Assembly: GCA_018398765.1 (NCBI GenBank)
Contig: JAHBMJ010000221.1
Span: forward strand, 1 to 53,223
DNA: 53,223 bases
Reading direction: 5' to 3'
Origin: Chromera velia
Lineage: Eukaryota
The notes beneath the pieces are model-generated. The model did not search any database. It saw nothing but the letters and a program-made list of their open reading frames with translations, and had not been told where the DNA came from. A program made the translations under genes and the position numbers. Shown one piece after another: positions 22,595 through 33,406 of the stretch (its first letter is position 1; each line of letters starts with the position of its first letter).

Positions 22595-24115
22595 AATTAT
22601 GGGCTTGGCGGGGAAAGGTGTGAGTGAATCGTGCTCGCTCCTGCATGAAGCGAGAGGGTGGGGAGGGTTGCGGAGGAAGGTGTGAGTGAATGTTGTTTGT
22701 TCTTGCATGAAGCAAGGAAGGAGTGGTGCTTGTCGCTGAGGGTTGGGAGACAACGTATGAGGGAGTGTTGTCCGTTCTGGCATGCAGTACAGAACTAGGT
22801 AAAGAAGCCCGCGTACAGACTCAGTCCGCCATGTTCCTACGATCAAACGACGTGTCTGATGGGGGGTGCGGAAGCAGCCGAAATTCAGTCGGAATATTCA
22901 ATGCATGGTGATACCTGAAATCTTGTTAACAATTTCATACAATTTCATGAGGTGCTGCCACTGTGCTGAATGAGACGAAGAAAGTCAGTGATTGTGTCAC
23001 GAGTTATAACTAGCGAATTAAAACAGAACAATAAAAAGGAATGTAATCCACAACGATTCCGCGTTCTTAACTTCTGATGCATGCACTTTCTGTATCGAAG
23101 TATCTGTATCATATAAACAAAAGTTTTTACTAAAGTTTTTATTAAAACTCAATTCAAGTTAATTTTTAAGAATGATTTGATATGCTTTATGCCAGTGATA
23201 CATTTTTCAATAAGTCAAATCCATATTTTACTACTGTGACTGGCTTAGTAGTATACATATTATAATATAATTATATAATGATTGATATCGTTATACCGCA
23301 TCATAACGCATGTTACGCAACGGTATGTACTCTAGCATATACTATAGCATCTAGACTAGCATATGGCAGCCGTATGCATGCTTATGCAGTACGTGCAGTC
23401 ATAGTAGTGTGCTAGGCGTTACAATGTAAAAAAAAAAAATAGGCCTCTCCATTGAACAGTAATACTAGCAGTAATGTCTGATTCTCTAATGATAGCAGTA
23501 ATGGTATCTTAAAGTATCTTAGAGCATGCAACCAACGCGTGCATCCGGGGTACCAGAGGGTACCAAAAGGATGGAGAAGATAAAGGAATACTAAAATAAT
23601 TTGTTACGCACTCGATCGTGATGTATATAATTGATAAGCAAATCAAGGACTCAGCCGTCGATCCTCGAGTGTTATCGTATGTTGCAGTACTGCGTAGAGT
23701 TGCGAATATCGAGTGCATAAAATGTTTGTAAAAACAGGTCAGACGTGCCAGGAACAGACTTAAAAATGTCTCCCCTAGTAATGGCTTATTGTGTTGGCCT
23801 ATTTGAATAAAAAACTATAGTAATTGTATATGAATGAGTCACAAATTAACTCACAATGCGCTGTTTTTGTCTCTATTCATTAGCATGTGTAACATGATGT
23901 GTTTGTTTACATAAATTGGAGCGACCGAATGCATCCAGATTGCACCATTCAGCTTAAATTTCAGGAGCATTACTTCACCCTACGCATCATGTGCATTCAG
24001 CATTCACTGAAGTATTTACAGTTGCATATATCCACTGGATGAACGATTCTTTTAACCATATACAACCCCAAAGAAAGGGCCGGCAAAAGAGTGTTAGTTA
24101 GTCAGTCACTCACAG

Positions 24116-26470
24116 TCAGAAATGCAGGACTCTGAATTCCCACCACTACTCCCCTTCCAGGGGATTGAATTTCACGAACTCACACTCTCTCTCTTCCAGA
24201 CATTTCTTCAACTCGCTCACCCAGTTGCACTTCCCCTCCTCCCTCTTCTCAGGGTCAGCATAAGCAAGGACCTTCTTCGGAGGGCTGCAGGCAGGCAAGC
24301 AGACAGATGCGGGAAGGGGTATGTACCAATGAAGATACACCTTTTTCAAGACAATTCTTTGATGATGATCAGAACAGGATCGAGCAACGAGACGTTAAAT
24401 GAATGAGTGAGTAAGCGAGCATATACATGAGTGAGTAAATGAGTGGTTGAGTGAGTGAGTGAATGAGTGAATGAGGGAGTGGGTGAGTGGTAGAGTGAGT
24501 GAGTGAGAGAGTAAATGAGTGGTTGAGTGAGTGAGTGAGTGAGTGAGTAAATGAGTGGTTGAGTGAGTGAGGGAGTGAGTGGTAGAGTGAGTGAGTGAGG
24601 GAGTAAATGAGTGGTTGAGTAAGCGAGTGAGTGAATGAGTGAGGGAGTCAGTGAGGGAGTGAGTGAGTAAATGGGTGAGTGAGTGAATGAGGGAGTGAGT
24701 GAGTGAGTGAGTGAATGAGTGAGTGAGTGAGGCAGTGAGTGAGGGAGTGAGTGAGGGAGTGAGTGAGTGAGGGTATGAGTGATGGAGTGAGTGAGTGGTT
24801 GAGTGAGCGAGTGAGTAAGAGAATGAGTGAATGGGAATGGAATACGCTCGGCCTTCGAAACTTCTCCCTTCCCTCCCTGTAATTCGGACATGGGGGGGTC
24901 ACAAATAAAGGGAGTATGCAGACTCTCTCCCGCACATGACGTGACGGCAGAGATGGAAGAGAGGCTTGACGCAGGGAATAGATTCATGAGAAAGAGGCAA
25001 ACAAATTTAGATAAAACAAACAAAAGCCTGTCAGTGATCGAAGCAGCACACAAATTTCAGGTATGGAGAGACATCAATAAAATAATTGACTGACGGTGCC
25101 TTGATGCAAACCCTTGCAGGCTTGTTCAATTTTATCCCTCTCTTCGGTTTTCTCTCCTCCTCTTCACCATGCATAACCACAAATCAGAGATCGATCTGTA
25201 CGTTTTGGTCCAGATTTACGTGTCTCAAGTCGCTGAATCCCTCCTAGGTGATCTCCTCTACTCCCTCTCGAAAGACCTTGAAATCTCCAATTCTTGACAG
25301 TTCTGCCTCTGTCATTTCACGGAGGGTCGTGATACTAGGCCTGCATCTATACCCTTTCTTTGTTAGCACAGGCTTCATAACCTCAGGAGCAGGGACGGGC
25401 ATTCTATGCATCATTATACATCTGTTGGTAGGCAAGGCCCCAGGGTCCTGCAGGAGGTACAGGAGTAACCGTTGGGTGTTGTCCTGGGACACTAGCAGCC
25501 TTGAAGGTCTCTCCTTTGGTGGGCATGGGTGCAGGCATTGGATTTTTGTCTGCATCGTTCGGCTTGAAAGCTGCACTATCCCTCTATATGATCCCGAATC
25601 CCAAGTCCTCAGCCATGATAAACAGTGGGGTTTGACCAGCCAAGCTGTCTGGACGGGGGTGGTGGGTTGGAGCTGCCTTGTAAATAGAATACGGGTTAGC
25701 GGAGCGGGGCGCGGCAGAGCCATGTGAGGTCGTCGGGTCGAACCTCCTTCACTCAGAGGCTGCTTTTCCGTACTCACTTCCATGCCTGTAGCCCCCTGTT
25801 TTAAAGGACGGCTCCACCAGAGGCTTCCAAAGTGTGGTCATCTTGGGTGTGCGTGTGTACTCGTTTTCTGGGACGGGTTCTGGGAGTGCTGGGCGCGCAT
25901 GCAGAATGACGTCACAGACAAGGTCAGAGTCCTCGGGGTTGGGAGGACCCAGGAGGGCCTGGAGTCCGTCGAGGTCTGCTGGCATCTCGGTGCGTGTGTG
26001 CGTTTTTACGTAGTGCTCTCTCATCCACATCCCTCCTTCCGCTAAACCTACTGTCTGGTCTGCGAAGAACTGCCCCCCTACTGCCCCGACCATATGCGTC
26101 AACATCTCCCCTGGGTGACCGAAAACCCCCCCCGTGTGCAGCTGTTGCTGATTGCACACCCCACCAGGACGATGCTGGGCTTCTGCGAACAGACCAGCAC
26201 CAATAGGACCTGTACCTTGTTCTGGCCCAATCCGACCTCCGAACAGCTGCCCCCCCAAATGCTTGAACATCCTTCCCCCTGTTTGCCAATAGGGCTGCTG
26301 CTACTGCTGCTGCTGCCCGACCACCTGGATGCTCCCGTCCGTCCTCCTCCTCATCTGCTGAGGGGGGGCTACCGGAGCTACCACCTCCTTAAACGCCCCT
26401 AGGGCTGTCTGGCCTGTCTGACGAGGATGAGGCTGTGATACTGTGGTGTGCCGAGGCTGCCGGGAAGAAG
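24116..26470 (-). pseudogene. NUP98: Nup98-like nucleoporin pseudogene (degenerate FG/Q-rich region plus autoproteolytic peptidase S59 domain)
   Basis: GGQLFGG/GAGLFA/GGVFG repeats (25749..26270), then a frameshift, then LTKKGYRCRPSITTLREM...FKVFREG..IT*EGFSDLRHVNLDQNVQI...KPKRGIKLNKPARVCI. Phase-compatible intron 25094-24285. Last exon ...ELKKCLEERECEFVKFNPLEGE*WWEFRVLHF*. In-frame stops at 26301, 25244, 25184 and 24146. The 5' end may extend to ~26620. Confidence 0.85.
24400..24830. repeat. Degenerate (GAGT)n microsatellite array inside the Nup98 pseudogene intron
   Basis: About 430 bp of GAGT/GAAT/GAGG units with a recurring higher-order unit GAGTAAATGAGTGGTTGAGT. Confidence 0.9.
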
Positions 26471-28137
26471 CTATACACAACAAATTGAGAATGAGAAGGG
26501 GGGGCAACAGGAGAAGGGGGGCAGGTGAAAGCATAAAGTGAATTGAAACCTTGACTCGGAGGTTTACATAGACACAAGAGCTAGAGCAATCGAGGTATTG
26601 CAGCAACATCGGGCATCATGGAGAGGAACTTAAGCAGAGACATTCGATCATGCGGCAAATCGAAAAACAGATTGAGGTTTGTAAATGCAAGGCCGAGAGG
26701 GAAGAAGCATCAAGGTCAGATGAAAAAACCGTAGGGCAAGTAGAAAGGACCAAATGGAAACACAGAAAGTGAAAGTGTTCCCGGTGTATACCGACTAGTG
26801 TTATGGCTTATAGAGTCCCCCACCCCTTAGAGTGCCTCCAACATTGCCAACGTTCTAACTGTACGTACAGGTTTGATTGGGATAGGGACATAGAAAATAG
26901 AGGTAATGAGAGAAGGATTCAGCCTGGAGACTATATACGACGACTAAAATATTCCAAATCTCCAAATAACGAAGACGACTCGCAGATGAATACAGGTAAG
27001 AATGCACAAAACAATAACAGCTGCAACATTTTGGTGCACAGACCTAGCAACGAGGAGTGGGTAGGTGAGGCAACTTTGAAGATACATAAGGCACAAAACA
27101 CAAATTCAAAGAGGATGCTGCTGCAGGCACGATAAAAACTGTAGGGAAAGAAAAAATACCAAAAGGAGTAGACAGTCTGAGACCACACAGAAAAAACACT
27201 TTGAAGGAGATGGGCGGGAGAGAAGGGCGGAGAAAATTGAAGTGCAGAATGCGTTACTTCTACCGACCATTGCCACTGCTACTGTTGTTCAACTTGGCAT
27301 TGACCTCGCTGCACGCAATACAAGGGAATGCAGGAGGAGTGAGAAGAAACTGTGCATGCTTTTCTGCCCTCCTGATAGCCTTCTATATTATAACTAGCCA
27401 TATCTATTGGCTTGTTTCCATATCCACCTGTGTATTTCTTCCATTAATATTATTATTCCATTATCCGATCTAAACTTAAAGTTTCTTGTTCAGTCGTTCA
27501 TGCACATGAGAGGTTGGGGCATATAAAGACGGTGCTTATAGAATACACGTCTGGGTCTTTTCCTAGAAAGGCCAGAACAATGAGCCCCACAGAAGAAATT
27601 AATGTCACAGCTCGGGTTTGTAGGCTCCTGTGTATTGGTCCGGCCTACATGAGGGAGGAAAAAGGAAATAGTAGGCATGCAGGAAAAGTTATGCAAGCAC
27701 TTTGAGAAAAAGAGAGACCACAAGCAACTAGGTGAAAGTACAAGTAAAAGTACAACTACAAATAGAAGATAAAGCACCACAATAAATTGAACACAACGAT
27801 AGGGACTCCAAGCCAAAGACAGCGAGAGATAGACAGAAGAGGAAAAAGAAAGAGAAAGAGAGAGAGAGAGGGAGAGAAAGACAGAGAGAGAGAACTAGAG
27901 AGTTTCTCAAACCCACCATTGGCTGCCTGATTGCCTTGACAGGAATTTTTGTATGTGATATAAGGAGATCATAACAGAAATGAGTGAGAAATCTGCGTGT
28001 CTATCTATCCACCCGATATCTATCTATTCTTACTAGCCATATCCATTATCCTGTGTCTCTATCCGCTTATCTATTTATTCCCGTATGCTATTCCATTATC
28101 CACTTCAGTCTTTTTTGTTCGTTTGTACGCTACTCTG

Positions 28138-28418
28138 TGCCTGGTTGTCTCCTCCTTTCCTGGATGTCTCCTTTGTGTCTGCCTCTCGCCTTCATATCTC
28201 CCTGTCTCCTTTTTGTCTGCTTGCCTATGTCTCCTTTTTCCCTGCTTCCCCCCTTCTTTCCTCACTGTCTCGTTCTGGCCCGTCATTCTCTCTCTTGGCT
28301 GGCTGTCTGCTTTTTGCCTACCTTTTACCTTCATGCTTCCCTGCCTGTTTCTCTACTTTCTTTCTTGCCTGGTTGTCTCCTCATTTCCTGGTTGTTTCCT
28401 TTGTGTCTGCCTCTCACC
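28138..28418. repeat. Dispersed 53-bp direct repeat pair
   Basis: TGCCTGGTTGTCTCCTC...GCCTCTCRCC at 28138-28190 and 28366-28418, with 4 mismatches. Confidence 0.75.
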
Positions 28419-29650
28419 CTCAATGACATACCCCCACATCCTTTTTTCCACTGCTTACTGCTTCTTACCCACCTATCTCCATAATGCCTACCTTACTCCT
28501 TTTTGTCAGCTTACCTCCAGGGGACCTTCATGCCTGTCTATCTCCTTTTTGCCTGTCACTCTCCTTCTCACCTACAGTATTTGTCTCTAATATTAACTCT
28601 GGGTCGATCAACTCGCTTTGACCACCTATTTCATGTTTCTCACCATCTCTCTTCATCTTTACCACTCGGGTTTGTCTTTCTTTCACAATTGTGGTGCGTT
28701 TGAGTTCATTGTTGTCTCCGTTGTTATACACCTTTGCAATTTGTGTAAGTACCACAACATCTTTTTTTGACCCTATTTATACCTTTTTACAACAGCAAAA
28801 CAATGCACCTATCATGCATTATATATAATTCGAGTCATACTAAATTCGTCATATCGTCACACTGCAAATACTCAAAAATTAAACATTTTGGTTCTTTTTT
28901 TTTTTTTCTTCTACTCAGCAAGACTATTACTTCTACTTACAATCAACAATTTTGATGCAAACTGCAATCGAATTGATAAAACTAAATAGCAAAGCTCTTC
29001 TTCTGAAGTTCTTCAATGTTCATGGTATGAGAACAATATAAGAACGTCGTTTTGTAGGACAGAATAGGGTATCTATCTATATTTCTCAATCTGTCTGTAC
29101 GAATAGGTGCGTATAGGTCCATCTAATTTACTTACATCCGCTCCAACTCAACTTGAACTATTCAAATCGACGCACGCATGGAACTCTCTCATCAGGGCCC
29201 CGGCATACCCCCGACTTAAGGGGGTATCCTGCATCCTGACATGCATGCAACTTTCTTTGCGCGCGCCGCGATTTGACATTCGATCATGCAATATCATGCA
29301 GCTTCGATCTTCGACCACTGCGCTTTCATGCGAGCTTGGCAACGCAAAGTTCATCTGAGAGATCGAGTTGCGGCCATTAATCGAAGTATATGACTTCCTG
29401 GTACAATGAAATATTTGCGGACATGTGCCTGCAAGCACACTTGCGCAGCTCATGATGACTGACAAACGTCTCCAGAGACGGAGTTTTCCGGAGTTAAGCC
29501 TCCGGCTGCATGGCTTTTCAGACTGAAGCCTGCGAGATCACAGACGACTTGTCTCGAGATCAACAGTAAATGGGTGGAGTGCTCCAAGCGTGTCTGCGTG
29601 CTTTCGTGCACGTTCTCTAAACCTGAAGAAGCCGATTTTGAATTTTCAAA

Positions 29651-32600
29651 ATGCAGATTGAAGGTACTCAAGCGGCACCAGAAAAGGCCGCCGGAAATTT
29701 CTTCTCGGCCTCCTCCCGCTTCAGGCACACAGGTATCACTCAGGGGGATGGCTCTACCTGCAGACGTATTCGTGTGCAGGCAGAGGAAGGGTGTGGATCA
29801 GCTGCAGATGCTTCAAAGGAGAGACGGGCCCTCGACGCGTTCCTTTTTCCCTTTGAACTGGATGCCTTTCAGAAAGAGGCCATTGACTCCATAGAGAACG
29901 GAACCGGCAACATCCTCGTGTGCGCGCACACCTCGGCTGGGAAGACTGCAGTCGCCCAGTATGCGTGCGCGGCTGCTGTGCGGGACCGTCAGAAGGTGGT
30001 GTACACTTCGCCCATCAAGGCGCTGTCGAACCAGAAGTACCGGCAGCTGGGAGAGGACTCCTCGACTTTCGGGGGGGAGGGGCAGGTCGGGATCGTGACT
30101 GGAGACGCGAGCGTGAACCCGAGTGGGAATGTGGTTGTAATGACCACAGAGGTCCTCCGCAATCAGCTTTATGCAGGGAGTGCGACTGTGAAGGAGGTCA
30201 GCTAGTCGGCGTCTCTTTATTTGCACAGGAGGAGGATGCTTACTAAGCGTGGTTGGGTCTATTATTCTTTCTGCCTGTTGTGCGGCTTGATGACCCGCGT
30301 AGCTGCTTTCTGGGTGTCTGTCTGTCTGTATGTGTCTGTGTGGGGGGAGTCTCTCTTCAAAATGTCGGCCATTTTTTTTTTCCCTCTTCGTTCCTTCTTG
30401 CACGGCAAATTGTCTTGCCAGATTAGCCCCTCCCCCCTCTCCTCTGTCTGCCTGCCTATGGTTGAATTGGATTGCAGATCGGGTGGGTGATTTTCGATGA
30501 GGTGCACTACATGAGGGACCGTGTGAGGGGTGCCGTGTGGGAAGAGGCGATCATCCTCCTCCCCCCCTCGGTGAGGATGCTGTTCATGAGCGCCACCATC
30601 CCCAACGCTGGCGTGTTTGCCGAGTGGGTTGTCGCATTGAAGAGCAGATCGTGCGACGTTGTGTGGACAAGCAAAAGACCTGTGCCCCTCAGACACTACC
30701 TCTTTCCGTTGGGTGACCCTCAGGGGGCAGCGCAGCAGAGGGAACTGTTTGCACTTCTGGTCAGTCAGTCAATGGTCCGGTTGCTTAGTCTGCATAATGG
30801 TTGGTTGTGCAGTGAGTGTGTGTGTGAGAGAGAGAGAGAGAAAGAGAGTTTTTTCTCGATCATGCTTTGATCGCTTGGCCCAGCCAGAGAGAGGCCTCCA
30901 TCTTTCAACATCCCGAAAGAAGAATCTTTCTCAGTGCACGGTTCTGCATCTTCCATGAAAGAGAGAAACAGAGAGAGACGGGGTGGGGATCGATCTGCTC
31001 CCTGCCTGCCTAGAGGTCTTCCCTCAGGCTGCAAATTGCAATGCGGTCTTTCTTTCCATGCGTTGGATTTCGGACTCTGTTCTTTTGGAAGCTGAAAGTG
31101 AGGGGGGGCCTGTCATACCAGAGGCAGTCTCTTTCTTCTTCCCCTTCTTCTTCTGCCCCCCTGCAGGACAGTGAGGGTGAGTGGGTGCAGTCTCAATGGG
31201 ACGCCGCGACAGAATTGTGCAGAAGTCGAAAGCGGCCTGAGAGGGAGGGGGCAGGCGGAGGACATCAAAAGAAGAAGAAGAGGGCCCAAGCTCACTGGAT
31301 GCACGTGAAAAGACTGCTCACGCTTCTCCAGGTTTGTTCGTCTGTCGGTTGGTTGGTTGTTTGGTTTATCTGTCTGCCTCTGCATGCCGGTCTGTCCGTC
31401 CGACTGTCTGTCGTTGTTCAGCGATCGACCAACGCAGGGGACAAAGAAGGAATAAGGTAAGGAGGAACAGAAACATAAATTATATTAAGTATGAATATCG
31501 CTCGATCACGCTGTTGGCTTGCGATGCACGACTCACTCTCTCATCCACTTCTCTGACCGTGTTTCCGGCTGTCTGACGAAACGAAAGAAAGAAAGAATCA
31601 GGGAGACAACGCACACCACCGATCTGTGTATTCGGGTCGGGGAGGAGAACAGAGGAATGGACGGCAGATAAGAGAGTGCTGTCTCTCTCTCTCTCTCTCT
31701 CTCTCTCACCCACACACGACAGTCTCTGTTCTCCTTTACTTAATTGTGTCTGTGTGTGATTGTTCACACGTGTGCGTGCAGAACGACAGTCGAGGTCTCC
31801 TTCCAGTTATCTTTTTTTGTTTCAACAAAAGACTTTGTGAAGACCTGGCCCTCGGCCTTGTCAGCAAGAGGAGGGGTGGAGCTGGGGGGGGGGAGTTGCA
31901 GGAGCCCCCGTCGTTCACCGAGAGCCCCGAGGCTGCGGCAGAGATAGAGAGACGGTACGAAGAAGCAGTAGCCGCGTTGTCGGAAGAAGACAGAAAACTG
32001 CAGGGAGCAACCCTCCCCTTGGAGTGGCTTCGAAAGGGAGTGGGGGTCCATCATGCAGGTGAGGGGACGTGAGGTGAGGCGAGGGGGGGTGCAGCTGGGT
32101 TGTTTGTTTGTTTGTTTTTGCGTTCGGTTCATCGTGCTGCTCTGCTCCACTCATTCATTCGTTCATTCATTCATTCATCCATCTTTTGTCCCTGATCTGA
32201 CCTCACTCAAGTGTTTGTTTGGGAAGAGGGCTTTGCTGTGGAGTCCCTCGGTGATGCCCCCTCTCTTTCTCTCTCTGATCCATCAGGAATGGAGGTTCAT
32301 GTTGGTTCGATTCTCTGTCCCCTCTTTTCTGCCCAGATTTGTCTTCTTAGAATCCAAGTGACTTATCTTTGTGTTGTGCCGAGTTGGGCTGGGGCACACA
32401 TTGCCTCAATTCCTCCGTCTCTCTTTCTTCCTTTCTTCCTGCGTGTGTGAGTGTCTGTCTGCCCTTTTCAGGCCTCCTGCCTATCGTGAAGGAGATCACA
32501 GAGATATTGTTCCAGAAGGGGCTCCTCAGGGTTCTCTTCTCGACGGAGACCTTCGGCATGGGTCTGAACATGCCCGCACGTACGGTCGTCTTCACCAGCG

Positions 32601-33257
32601 TGTTCAAGTACGATGGGCAGGAAGAGCGGGTCCTGACGGCCTCGGAGTTTAAACAGATGAGCGGGAGGGCGGGGAGACGCGGGTTGGACGTGGAAGGTCA
32701 TGCGGTGATCATGATGGATTGCGATGAGGGGGGGGAGAGGGGGGAGACGGTGAAGGAGATGATGGCAGGAGGTCTGGAGGGGTTGAAGTCCGCGTTCCAT
32801 CAGGCGACCTCATCCGTTCTGCAGCTGCTAAGGACAGAAGGCTCAAGGGCCCAACCCGACTTCATCCTCCAGCGGTCAGTCTGAATGAAGCTTTGTCTGT
32901 TCCATTCAAGAGGCCTAGGTGGGTTTAAGGAGGGGGGGGATTCATGCCTTTTTGCATGTGGGTTTGGTCGAGGGTTTATTGAGATGTCTAGCTGTCGTCA
33001 CTCGTGTGCTGACAAAATGAATCTCTGGAAGTGGATGGGAAGGAGAAGACGGTAAAGATAGAAAGAAAAAAGAGAACGCGATGACGGGGGGGGGTGCCTT
33101 TTTCAGCGATTGATTTCCGTCGCAAGACAAGCAAGGTGTCGCAAGCGTCCGTCAAAGTTCTGGCTGGCAGCATGAGAGGGGGCATGACTGACAGAGAGAG
33201 AGAATAGGTGGGAGAGACTGTGCCGTCAAAGTAAATCAATATGTGCGTTTTCTTTCT

Positions 33258-33288
<31 letters not shown>

Positions 33289-33375
33289 CTCTTTCTTTTT
33301 TTCTCTCTTTTCTTTCTTTTTCTCTCTCTTTTGTTTCTTTTTCTCTCTCTTTTCTTTCTTTTTTTCTCTCTTTTG

Positions 33376-33406
<31 letters not shown>

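Noticed and set aside
22055..22846. 263-aa minus-strand ORF overlapping arsM
   Set aside because: Antisense shadow of a GC-rich coding sequence.
24146..24349. ORF initially resembling the N-terminus of an inositol-phosphate kinase
   Set aside because: Better explained as the last exon of the Nup98 autoprotease domain: the splice phase fits and it ends WEFRVLHF.
24346..25053. 235-aa THSL-repeat ORF
   Set aside because: Translation of an intronic (GAGT)n microsatellite.
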